From a virus (Duplodnaviria; Caudoviricetes), in IMG/VR virus record IMGVR_UViG_3300042154_002208: a DNA stretch of 64,000 nucleotides; one strand, given 5' to 3'. Below are positions 18,503-26,443 of the stretch, one piece after another. Each line of letters starts with the position of its first letter. Position 1 is the stretch's first letter. The notes beneath the pieces were generated by a model. The model was given only the letters and a program-made list of their open reading frames with translations, made no database searches and was not told the DNA's origin. The position numbers were made by a program, and so were the translations under genes.

Positions 18503-18622
18503 ATGATATTCTACGTTATTGCTATAATCTTTTCAGCATACGCAATATCCACGAACGATGTTTACTATTTGGCTTTGTCATTAATCGCATGTGCTATAGC
18601 AATTATTGTGGAACGAGACTGA
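18503..18622 (+). CDS. Small hydrophobic peptide, 39 aa
   Basis: Hand translation MIFYVIAIIFSAYAISTNDVYYLALSLIACAIAIIVERD. Confidence 0.45.
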   Translation: MIFYVIAIIFSAYAISTNDVYYLALSLIACAIAIIVERD

Positions 18623-18694
18623 TGCCAGAATTAGCATTCGTTGTATTAATGATACTGATAATAGCAATCGTACTAAACGATAAAGGTCCACCAT

Positions 18695-19069
18695 ATGATT
18701 AAAAGAAAATTCGTAGTAGCGGGTAATATGAAAGAATATTATGCATTTCTTGATAAGCATAAAGATGATATTAACGTAATTTATCTATATGTCAACAGCA
18801 CGAGAGATCTAAAAGGAATGCGGAATATAGAAGGATATTTTACTGGTACTTATAACGAGAGATCTGATATAGAAACGATTAAAGAAGTAATAAGAATGAG
18901 CAAGAATAAAACTAATAATGAATATACTGCAGAACCAGTACGAGCATTAGATAATAATCACGTAATAGATTATAGATGGAAAGCATTGGAAACGACCGTA
19001 GATAATGCACATGATCTTCAGCAATTGGCAGATAATAGCATGATAGATAGCATGAGAAATCGAGATTAG
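18695..19069 (+). CDS. Hypothetical protein
   Basis: 124 aa; FVVAGN..EY motif. Confidence 0.65.
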   Translation: MIKRKFVVAGNMKEYYAFLDKHKDDINVIYLYVNSTRDLKGMRNIEGYFTGTYNERSDIETIKEVIRMSKNKTNNEYTAEPVRALDNNHVIDYRWKALETTVDNAHDLQQLADNSMIDSMRNRD

Positions 19070-19220
19070 TAGATAATACTGTGGATAACCTGTGGATAAA
19101 TCGAAGAATAATCGAGCCTATATAGAAATGCTATATAAAGCTATTAAAGCATGAATCAGATCAGATCAGATCAGATAATACTTTATATTAAAGGAATTAT
19201 TATATTTTGATTATCTTTTT
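19067..19220. other. Tandem DnaA boxes, (TCAGA)4 repeat and AT-rich tract: candidate origin or DnaA-binding site
   Basis: TGTGGATAA at 19080-88 and 19091-99; TCAGA x4 at 19156-75; AT-rich 19176-19225; non-coding. Confidence 0.55.
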
Positions 19221-19231
19221 ATTTGTCTTGC

Positions 19232-19328
19232 ATTATAACATCTTTTTCAAATCCTGTCAACCGAAGACCATACGACCCTTGTGGAAAAAAGGTTTTTGCT
19301 TGACAAGTTGTCCAAAATGTGCTATAAT
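19232..19328. promoter_or_regulatory. Back-to-back sigma70 promoter pair
   Basis: Minus: TTGACA(19255-60)-17-TATAAT(19232-37). Plus: TTGACA(19300-05)-17-TATAAT(19323-28). Confidence 0.85.
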
Positions 19329-19352
19329 TGAAGCATGAAAAAGGAAAACAAA

Positions 19353-19541
19353 ATGCAAAAAGAAATTACCGTAAAAGTCGAGCTAAATGCTCAACAAATC
19401 GCCCTTCTGCTTCAGATTCTAGACGAACAAATCTCAATCGGAAATATGGTATCTTCAGATAATGCTTTAGCTTTCGGAGTCTTAGAAATTCTAGAAACAG
19501 CTGAAAATACAGCTTACTCACATCTTCATTATTTTTCTTAA
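19353..19541 (+). CDS. Hypothetical protein
   Basis: ATG 19353, with the same RBS cassette as 17469. Confidence 0.7.
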   Translation: MQKEITVKVELNAQQIALLLQILDEQISIGNMVSSDNALAFGVLEILETAENTAYSHLHYFS

Positions 19542-19553
19542 TAAGGAACCATT

Positions 19554-19757
19554 ATGTCTATTCAATACGGTACATTATCAGAATTCGATATCATTGCTAA
19601 ATATACAAAAGAATCAGGTTTAGGAACCGATTTAATTGCTGGTCTAAAATCAATAAAAGAAAATTGGGATGACCTAGACGAGGATATTACAGACGCCTAT
19701 GACGAAGTCGTTTATCAATTATCTATATTCACCAAGGAAGCTGAGTATCTTGTCTAA
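19554..19757 (+). CDS. Hypothetical protein
   Basis: 67 aa; RBS AAGGA. Confidence 0.7.
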   Translation: MSIQYGTLSEFDIIAKYTKESGLGTDLIAGLKSIKENWDDLDEDITDAYDEVVYQLSIFTKEAEYLV

Positions 19758-19767
19758 TTAAGAAATC

Positions 19768-19825
19768 AATACCCCTTCAGAGATCTGGGGTATTGCTTGA
19801 CAAGTTATCCAAAATGTGCTATAAT
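19768..19825 (+). promoter_or_regulatory. Sigma70 promoter with upstream 8-bp dyad
   Basis: AATACCCC-N11-GGGGTATT, then TTGACA(19797-802)-17-TATAAT(19820-25). Confidence 0.85.
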
Positions 19826-19952
19826 AGAGTCATAGTAAGTAAAAAGGTTGTTGAAGTAAAGAGCATTTAAGCCCGCTTGAGGAACAGCGGTAAAGCCCCA
19901 GAGCACTAGGGCACTTAGATGGGGCAACGAGTAATCTATATAAGGACCTAGT

Positions 19953-20129
19953 ATGAAAATAGAAACAGCGATCAAGCATTTGGAATCAGATGCAGATTTC
20001 TTGGGAATGGAGTTTTTCGACTTCGTGGCTTTTGTTAAAGCAAATCCCATGGCACAGACCGCCAAGACCATTGAGGCTTATGCAGTATTCGCAATCGAAA
20101 GTAAAAAAGCATGGAACAAAGTAACATGA
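19953..20129 (+). CDS. Hypothetical protein, 58 aa
   Basis: Hand translation MKIETAIKHLESDADFLGM...; RBS AAGGA. Confidence 0.7.
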   Translation: MKIETAIKHLESDADFLGMEFFDFVAFVKANPMAQTAKTIEAYAVFAIESKKAWNKVT

Positions 20130-20341
20130 ATAAAGATCTAAGAGAACTAGCACCAGTACCGAAAGAAGTCGCCCGCGAGATGCAAGAAGATGCAGTCGCA
20201 AGGTTCCTAGCTGCCGGTGGTTCCGTTCAAGAACTCAAAGGCCGTAAGAACCCAAAGCCGGTTTCGGCCAAAGGCAAATCAAACTCTGGCATGAAGCTCA
20301 GAGCGGATCCAACTGCCCGGTTCCCCTCAAAAAGCTATTGA
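20126..20341 (+). CDS. Hypothetical basic protein
   Basis: ATGA overlap; A.FLA.GG.VQ motif. Confidence 0.7.
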   Translation: MNKDLRELAPVPKEVAREMQEDAVARFLAAGGSVQELKGRKNPKPVSAKGKSNSGMKLRADPTARFPSKSY

Positions 20342-20366
20342 CAAGATTTCTACATGGTGTTATAAT
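20338..20366 (+). promoter_or_regulatory. Sigma70 promoter
   Basis: TTGACA-17-TATAAT with extended -10 TG. Confidence 0.85.
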
Positions 20367-20398
20367 ACTCTATGTAGCAACACAGAAAGGTCTATATT

Positions 20399-20659
20399 AT
20401 GAGAATGTTAACTGAAGCTGAAAGCAATCTGATCAACAACACAGAATACACTGTAGATTGGTCTGATCAAATTGATACTGACGACACTTTGTCTGGAGCA
20501 CAATGGGACTATGAGCGCGAACTCGAGCATCGCTTTGAAGTACTCGTTGCTGGCAAGTGGGATTCTCGAGATGATTTGGGTGGTCTCACAGTATTCTTCA
20601 AAGAGAATAAACTCGTGGCATTTTATGACTACGAACAGTATGCTGGCACTGTATTTTAA
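20399..20659 (+). CDS. Hypothetical protein
   Basis: 86 aa; RBS GAAAGG. Confidence 0.75.
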   Translation: MRMLTEAESNLINNTEYTVDWSDQIDTDDTLSGAQWDYERELEHRFEVLVAGKWDSRDDLGGLTVFFKENKLVAFYDYEQYAGTVF

Positions 20660-20806
20660 TGTTTGCTGGCGCTAGAAAGTGAGAAAACGGCGTTATAAGT
20701 CTATGAAAACATTAGCTTTTTTACGCCGTTTTTCTAAAAACATGCTAAAAGATGCCGTCCGTAGGGGTAAATACCCTATTCCCGCGTATGGTCTTTGATA
20801 AAATGC

Positions 20807-20835
20807 TTGACAGGTTGTCCAAATTGTGCTATAAT
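20807..20835 (+). promoter_or_regulatory. Sigma70 promoter
   Basis: TTGACA-17-TATAAT, same family as 14901, 17416 and 19300. Confidence 0.85.
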
Positions 20836-20871
20836 AGAGTCATATTAAGAAACAAACAACAGGAGTAGATT

Positions 20872-21105
20872 ATGACCGATTCAGCAGCCCCAATGATCCC
20901 AGATCACATTACCGTAGCAGACATGATTGCGGCATTGTCGGCATTGCCCGCAGACGCTCGCTTGGTTGTGACCCACTCCGGATACTACTGTTACGACGAC
21001 TTCGCAGACATCTTCACCCCACGGCCTGTAGATTCCAATGGATCCACCTGTGCAGACGGTGACGCTATAGCGTACGCTATTGGTCACTCTCATCAGTCCT
21101 ATTAA
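20872..21105 (+). CDS. Hypothetical protein
   Basis: 77 aa; RBS AGGAG. Confidence 0.75.
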   Translation: MTDSAAPMIPDHITVADMIAALSALPADARLVVTHSGYYCYDDFADIFTPRPVDSNGSTCADGDAIAYAIGHSHQSY

Positions 21106-21114
21106 CCACACGGG

Positions 21115-21143
21115 TTGACAGGGTATTCAAACGGTGTTATAAT
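21115..21143 (+). promoter_or_regulatory. Sigma70 promoter
   Basis: TTGACA-17-TATAAT. Confidence 0.85.
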
Positions 21144-21264
21144 AAAGACATGAACAAAGGAACACAGATGATTAAAGAGCTAGCGATAGAAGTATCCCAA
21201 GCAGCGCTGTTCGTAGCAGTTGCATTCGGTCCGTTTTTCTACTACATTTTGACAAAGGTTTAAG

Positions 21265-21561
21265 ATGACTATCAATTACAAAGCAATGGGTGAGATGATT
21301 ACAAGCAACGAAAAATACAAGCGTGAGATCGCAATGTACGGTATGACCACAGACCAGATTAAAGTGGAGTACATGGCCATCGGTCGAATGACAGGCCTAG
21401 AGATGGTCGTTGCTGGCATTCTGTCAGATGTGCAAGAACTTACTGCGTACCAGCATGCGGCGGATATAAACAGCAAGGCTACAAAGGAACTTATTCGCCA
21501 GCAGTTAAACATCGCGAAATTTGTGTTATTTGAAATGATGGATCAAAAGGAAACAGCATGA
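21265..21561 (+). CDS. Hypothetical protein
   Basis: 98 aa; MYG motif; G.LSD.QE motif. Confidence 0.75.
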   Translation: MTINYKAMGEMITSNEKYKREIAMYGMTTDQIKVEYMAIGRMTGLEMVVAGILSDVQELTAYQHAADINSKATKELIRQQLNIAKFVLFEMMDQKETA

Positions 21562-21743
21562 GCAATATGAAGAATCTATATCTAGAACTCGTAGAGTGCG
21601 TAGCAATGGGACTTAGCAACGAATCGATCGCTAAGATTACAGGTCTTCCCAAAGAGGCCGTAGCGGTTCTAGCTCACGATATCGAGACAGAACAGATGGC
21701 GAACGATCTAGCCGAAGCGTACGGCGAATACTACGGCGCCTGA
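21558..21743 (+). CDS. Hypothetical protein with possible HTH
   Basis: GLSNESIAKITGLP pattern; ATGA overlap. Confidence 0.65.
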   Translation: MSNMKNLYLELVECVAMGLSNESIAKITGLPKEAVAVLAHDIETEQMANDLAEAYGEYYGA

Positions 21744-21747
21744 GAAC

Positions 21748-21905
21748 AGGGGTACCCTAAATTATAGATAGGGGTACCCGTTGCTAGATCAGGGGTTAAA
21801 CAACCGCCACCTTATATTCGTGTTTACTCTATTCTCAAAATTCTCTCTCTAAAAAAATTTCCCAGAAAAAATTTGCCCCAAAAACTCCGTCTAAAAAACA
21901 CTGCT
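21748..21905. repeat. Iteron-like AGGGGT(ACCC) repeats followed by A-tracts
   Basis: AGGGGTACCC at 21748 and 21770, AGGGGT at 21791; G-poor A-tract segment 21835-21900; non-coding. Confidence 0.65.
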
Positions 21906-22319
21906 ATGAAGACATTCGTTCAATCCCCTCTTAACTCCGCATTTGGTCCTGCACCCACATTACCCTCTATCAGACAAACACCCACCGCTAGCTGGCCCTC
22001 AGTAGATGCTGATGCCAAACCCGCTGTACGTCACCCAATTTTTAGAGCACCCCAACTCAACAAAGTCTACTTCACTAGAAAGATTCTCAAAGAGACCGTA
22101 AAACGCTATAACGCTAATACGTTACGGAATGAGATTGCCGAGGTATGGGAGATTCCTTTCTCTGTAGATGTAAATGAGCCTGTTACTGAACTTACACAAA
22201 GAATACAAGCTGTAATGACTGCTAAGAAGATATACAAACATTGGGATATCAATTTCAATACTTTTTTAATTATTGCTTCACAAGTAACTGATACTGATGA
22301 ATGGTCTACAAAGTACTAA
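21906..22319 (+). CDS. Hypothetical protein
   Basis: ATG 21906 preferred over TTG 21873. Confidence 0.6.
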   Translation: MKTFVQSPLNSAFGPAPTLPSIRQTPTASWPSVDADAKPAVRHPIFRAPQLNKVYFTRKILKETVKRYNANTLRNEIAEVWEIPFSVDVNEPVTELTQRIQAVMTAKKIYKHWDINFNTFLIIASQVTDTDEWSTKY

Positions 22320-22320
22320 T

Positions 22321-22548
22321 ATGAAATTTAACGACGTCATTCAATGGCTGGGTGCAGTTGCTATTATAATAGGACACGTTGCCAATGCTATTGGACCTGA
22401 TGCTTATCCCTGGAATATTGTTGCTTTTACACTAGGTACCGCTATGTTTCTAACATGGGCTATACGTGCGAGAAACAATCCGCAGATGGTGGTAAATATT
22501 GTAGCAATCGTTACTTGTTTAATTGGTTTAGTTAATGCATGGAGATGA
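22321..22548 (+). CDS. Small multi-TM membrane protein
   Basis: Three hydrophobic segments; YPWN motif. Confidence 0.7.
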   Translation: MKFNDVIQWLGAVAIIIGHVANAIGPDAYPWNIVAFTLGTAMFLTWAIRARNNPQMVVNIVAIVTCLIGLVNAWR

Positions 22549-22549
22549 T

Positions 22550-22777
22550 ATGAAAAATTATGAACCAGACGATGGCGCTTTAACTCGCGATCAGATCGAA
22601 CAAATCCGTGATCGAGTGCGACAACAGGATGAGATTGAATTGGTAGACTTTATTAGACTGGCCGTTCTAGAGGAACGCGAGGCGTGTGCAAAGTTATGTG
22701 ATGACTTGGATAAGATGCGCGGATATTCTTATGCCGACAAATGCGCCGCCGCCATCAGAGCAAGAGGAAATAAATGA
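22550..22777 (+). CDS. Hypothetical protein
   Basis: EREACAKLCD...CAAAIRARG motif common in phage small ORFs; RBS GGAG. Confidence 0.75.
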   Translation: MKNYEPDDGALTRDQIEQIRDRVRQQDEIELVDFIRLAVLEEREACAKLCDDLDKMRGYSYADKCAAAIRARGNK

Positions 22778-23061
22778 ACGAAGATGATGTAAAACGAGAG
22801 GTTGAGTTTATGCTCAACAATCGTAAACAACAAAAACAATGGATGGAGAAAGAATTCGGGCAATGGGTATACTTTGATACTGCGGATGGTAAGATTATTG
22901 GAGCAGTCTATACTGTCGGTACTAAAACAGGTATCTGGGGTGGTCGTGTATACTTGGAGAACAATATGGAAAAAACGCTTGGTCAGTTTATTGATTCCGA
23001 TTGGGCCCGTAAGGGTGTAGAGCGATACTGGGAAATTGATGGACGTACTCTACTGGAGTAA
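22774..23061 (+). CDS. Hypothetical protein
   Basis: 95 aa; ATGA overlap. Confidence 0.7.
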   Translation: MNEDDVKREVEFMLNNRKQQKQWMEKEFGQWVYFDTADGKIIGAVYTVGTKTGIWGGRVYLENNMEKTLGQFIDSDWARKGVERYWEIDGRTLLE

Positions 23062-23064
23062 TTG

Positions 23065-23316
23065 ATGAACGATTTAAAATTTACTACCGCAGGAAATTAT
23101 ATGGATACTAAATTTGAAGACCTGATGTATCGGTCGGGTCTAACTGCCTCTGGTTGTTGGGATCAGCTAGACGAGTATGATCGTAAAGCTATTGAGAAAT
23201 TTGGTGAGTTAATCGTTAGAGAATGTGTCGAGGTTGCTATAGATAATGGATGCGGAGATTTTGTAGATATCGAGCAATTACTATTAGAACATTTCGAAGT
23301 TAGCCGTGATATTTGA
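23065..23316 (+). CDS. Hypothetical protein
   Basis: EKF.ELIVREC motif; RBS GGAG. Confidence 0.7.
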   Translation: MNDLKFTTAGNYMDTKFEDLMYRSGLTASGCWDQLDEYDRKAIEKFGELIVRECVEVAIDNGCGDFVDIEQLLLEHFEVSRDI

Positions 23317-23439
23317 CCTTATTATAAAACTATTGGGAACTGCGTTTATGACAGCAGTGTTATCCTTTTGGGGATTGATACTGATTGTTATTGTATATTG
23401 GATTATATACTGGATAATTAAACTTTGGAGTTACTTATT

Positions 23440-23646
23440 ATGAATGAAAAAATTAAAAATTACGCAAAGCAATCGGGGCTTGATGTATATGGTCTTGGCA
23501 CAGACTATGCTAAATGGAACGATGTGCTGGAAAAATTTGCCGAGTTGATTATTGATGATGTATGTGACGATATGATGTCTCTCGAACCTATGTATCCCGC
23601 GAACATCGTTGCTTTGAAGATTCGACAAAAGTACGGAGTAAAATAA
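23440..23646 (+). CDS. Hypothetical protein, related to 23065
   Basis: LEKFAELII motif; RBS GGAG. Confidence 0.7.
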   Translation: MNEKIKNYAKQSGLDVYGLGTDYAKWNDVLEKFAELIIDDVCDDMMSLEPMYPANIVALKIRQKYGVK

Positions 23647-23942
23647 TGAACAACTATCTGATACGCTTTAATACGAAACACAACGGCTCAAAATTAGTAT
23701 GGCGAGTGTTTGAAAACGGCACAGAGAATCTGGTCGAGAATATCGACATACGTGTTCCGGTCTTTACCGAAACTTCTCGGGAAGCGGGTGAAACCAAATG
23801 GAATATCTCTTGTTCTGGCGAAATGCGGATTGTCGATGATGTAGCTTATATTAGAGACAGTTTTGTTGAGGATCGGAATCTCGGGGCTCTAGATCTAGAT
23901 CTAGATCAATATGATGATCCTGCTTGGCATGGTAAGCAGTAG
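23646..23942 (+). CDS. Conserved phage hypothetical protein
   Basis: IRFNT......L.WRVF...E.L...I.I.VP motif. Confidence 0.7.
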   Translation: MNNYLIRFNTKHNGSKLVWRVFENGTENLVENIDIRVPVFTETSREAGETKWNISCSGEMRIVDDVAYIRDSFVEDRNLGALDLDLDQYDDPAWHGKQ

Positions 23943-23981
23943 GATTTCGGCCGTTGAAAAAACCGGGAAATAGGGGAACTT

Positions 23982-24146
23982 ATGAGTATCTTTAGACATA
24001 TGTATTATGCGATTCGATATGGTAAATGGGAATGGGGATTTGACAACCATTCTGATAGATATCGTTTTGGCTTTAAACATAGTTATTACGACGGTGACTG
24101 GGTTACGATCTGGTTTTTTAAATTTTATATTGCGGTAAACTACTAA
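23982..24146 (+). CDS. Aromatic-rich hypothetical protein, 54 aa
   Basis: Hand translation; RBS AGGGGA; stop overlaps the next ATG. Confidence 0.6.
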   Translation: MSIFRHMYYAIRYGKWEWGFDNHSDRYRFGFKHSYYDGDWVTIWFFKFYIAVNY

Positions 24147-24457
24147 TGAATATCTCACTTGATTACGATGACACTTATACCAGAGACCGATATCTTTGGA
24201 ACGGATTTATTAAACTTGCCAAAGCCTCTGGGCACAATGTATATTGTGTCACGATGCGATCCAATGCAGAGGGTGACGAAGTACGAAATCAATTGGGACC
24301 CATGGTTGATGGTATTATCTTTACTGCTCGCAAGGCCAAAAAAGAAGCATGCTATAAATTGGGAATACATATAGATGTGTGGATTGATGACATGCCCCTA
24401 TTTGTCATTAAGGATGCACCGCCAGACCCATACTACGATGCCTCATTGGGAGATTGA
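24146..24457 (+). CDS. HAD-superfamily phosphatase-like protein
   Basis: Motif I DYDDTYT, motif II VT.R, K and IDD. Confidence 0.8.
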   Translation: MNISLDYDDTYTRDRYLWNGFIKLAKASGHNVYCVTMRSNAEGDEVRNQLGPMVDGIIFTARKAKKEACYKLGIHIDVWIDDMPLFVIKDAPPDPYYDASLGD

Positions 24458-24485
24458 TATATAACACATACTATGGAGATTCAAT

Positions 24486-24737
24486 ATGTCAAAAGAAGAA
24501 GATCGTTTTAAACATTCTAAACGAATTTACCAAAAAGAGACCAAAATACATAAGCAAGAAGTTATTGCTAAAACATTTGGAATCCCTGTTAAAGAACCGC
24601 ATAAATTTAATAAACACCATGCCATGGCTTGCGGAAATCCAAATTGTGTAATGTGCGCAAATCCCAGAAAAACATTTGGTGAGCTAACATACCAAGAACA
24701 AAAATTATATCAACATGACAAGGAAATTGAATTATGA
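24486..24737 (+). CDS. Small Zn-binding hypothetical protein
   Basis: HH...CG.P.C..C.NPR motif. Confidence 0.7.
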   Translation: MSKEEDRFKHSKRIYQKETKIHKQEVIAKTFGIPVKEPHKFNKHHAMACGNPNCVMCANPRKTFGELTYQEQKLYQHDKEIEL

Positions 24738-24943
24738 GTACAACCTATGATATTGAAAAATACGGTCACGAAATGACGTCTCCGTATAATGATGGATACA
24801 CTGCTTTCCATTACAAACAACAAATCATGCAAACTTTATGGGAATGTCAATATTGGTTGTCCAAATCTCCCACATTTGCCGGTGAAGATGAGTGGATTGC
24901 CGAAAATAAACCAAAAAAATTGGATAACCTCAGTACAATTTAA
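24734..24943 (+). CDS. Conserved phage hypothetical protein
   Basis: SPYNDG.T....KQ and P.F.GE.EW motifs. Confidence 0.7.
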   Translation: MSTTYDIEKYGHEMTSPYNDGYTAFHYKQQIMQTLWECQYWLSKSPTFAGEDEWIAENKPKKLDNLSTI

Positions 24944-24967
24944 ATAAAAAGATGTTATAATAGTAAC

Positions 24968-25147
24968 ATGGAAGATAAACAATCTATAAAAGAATTGTTA
25001 GAAGAAATCCATTTCGCACTCACTAAAGATAGAATTTTAGTACGTAAGAAATGGGTATGCAGACTACTAAGTCCCGATAACTATAACCACCTAATTCCTA
25101 AATTGGAAAAAGCAATCGAACAACTTGAGAAAGAAAGTAAAAAATGA
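24968..25147 (+). CDS. Hypothetical protein, 59 aa
   Basis: Hand translation; follows TGTTATAAT at 24953-61. Confidence 0.55.
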   Translation: MEDKQSIKELLEEIHFALTKDRILVRKKWVCRLLSPDNYNHLIPKLEKAIEQLEKESKK

Positions 25148-25611
25148 TGGAAGAAGACGACGAGCAATATACAGACTTTGATATTAATTACGACAATGTG
25201 ATTGCCAGCAAAGAATGTTTATCTATGACACGTATTCTTGCTGCAGATTTGAAAGCCAACCCATATATGACGGTTGGGGATTTTCTAATGAATATTTCCA
25301 AAAGTGATTTGGCAATTCTTAGTGATATCGTTGAACAACATATGGGGTTTGACGAAGACGATGAAGTGACCGACGAGCGAATGGCAGACTTTGTTCTTAT
25401 GACAGAAATGCTTTCTCGTGCAGAAGGTTTAATATCTGAAGATGACGATGACCTAACACGAAAAATTAGTCAATTCATGATAATGGTTACAATGGAGAAC
25501 CTTTATCGAAAAGGACTGATTAAGTTGTACCATGAAAATATGTCATTTGGTAAAGATGTAGAACATAGAATTGTTGCAGAAAAAATTAAAGGTGCGGGGG
25601 ATGAGGATTAA
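25144..25611 (+). CDS. Acidic hypothetical protein
   Basis: 155 aa; LE.L.RKG motif. Confidence 0.7.
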   Translation: MMEEDDEQYTDFDINYDNVIASKECLSMTRILAADLKANPYMTVGDFLMNISKSDLAILSDIVEQHMGFDEDDEVTDERMADFVLMTEMLSRAEGLISEDDDDLTRKISQFMIMVTMENLYRKGLIKLYHENMSFGKDVEHRIVAEKIKGAGDED

Positions 25612-26431
25612 TATAGCGTCTGATATTCATTTAGAATTCGGACCAATTGAAATTAAAAATACAGAGAGGGCAGATGTCCTTATTCTGTCTGGTGATATTT
25701 GTGTTGCGATTGATGTAATGCATAAAGATGATTTAGATAACAAGTCTAGAAAGATTCACGATTTCTTTGAAATGTGTTCTAAAGAATATAAAAATGTAAT
25801 TTATATTGTTGGTAATCATGAACATTATAATGGCGACTTTCAACAAACAATTCCTCATCTAAAAAGATCCTTTGAGTATTTGGATAATCTACATATTCTC
25901 GATAAAGAAATTGTTACTATCGAAGATGTTACATTTATCGGCGGAACCTTGTGGACTGATATGAATAAAGAAGATCCATCAACCCTAATTAGTATTAGTG
26001 GTATGATGAATGACTTTATAAAAGTGTCTAATGGTAAATTAGATAATAATTCTAATAAACCATATTATCGTATTAGCAGATTAAAACCTGACGATGTAGT
26101 AGTTGACCATAAAGAACTGTTGGAATATATTCGAACAATCGTTAAAGGTAAATCCGATCAAAAGTTTGTAGTTGTTGGTCATCATGCACCAAGCAAGTTA
26201 TCTACAAAACCAAGATATCAAGATGATTATCTTATGAATGGTGCATATTCATCTGATCTATCAGAATTCATTTTAGATCATCCGCAAATTAAAATGTGGA
26301 CACACGGACACACGCATGATACTTTCGATTATCTTGTGGGTAGTACTAGAGTAGTTTGTAATCCGAGGGGATATGTTAATTATGAGCAAAGAGCTGATGA
26401 TTTTGATCCCAATATTATTTTTGAAGTTTAA
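25601..26431 (+). CDS. Calcineurin-like metallophosphoesterase
   Basis: SDIHLE, GD, GNHE, HH.P, HGHTH and NPRGY. Confidence 0.93.
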   Translation: MRINIASDIHLEFGPIEIKNTERADVLILSGDICVAIDVMHKDDLDNKSRKIHDFFEMCSKEYKNVIYIVGNHEHYNGDFQQTIPHLKRSFEYLDNLHILDKEIVTIEDVTFIGGTLWTDMNKEDPSTLISISGMMNDFIKVSNGKLDNNSNKPYYRISRLKPDDVVVDHKELLEYIRTIVKGKSDQKFVVVGHHAPSKLSTKPRYQDDYLMNGAYSSDLSEFILDHPQIKMWTHGHTHDTFDYLVGSTRVVCNPRGYVNYEQRADDFDPNIIFEV

Positions 26432-26443
26432 GGAGTTTATATT

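Noticed and set aside
19860-19935. c-di-GMP-I riboswitch or self-cleaving ribozyme
   Set aside because: Only a superficial AAAGCC similarity; conserved cores are not present. Kept only as an unassigned structured leader
20684-20732. 10-bp inverted repeat AAAACGGCGT/ACGCCGTTTT with a 29-nt spacer
   Set aside because: Compatible with an ordinary long-loop terminator after the 20399 gene; no evidence for anything more
14899-20835. Repeated 30-58 bp sequences as a CRISPR array
   Set aside because: Copies are 0.5-2.5 kb apart, flank genes and are promoter consensus sequences; no cas genes or regular spacers are present
23888-23906. (CTAGAT)3 repeat with GATC sites
   Set aside because: Inside a CDS, encoding LDLDLD; no other supporting structure
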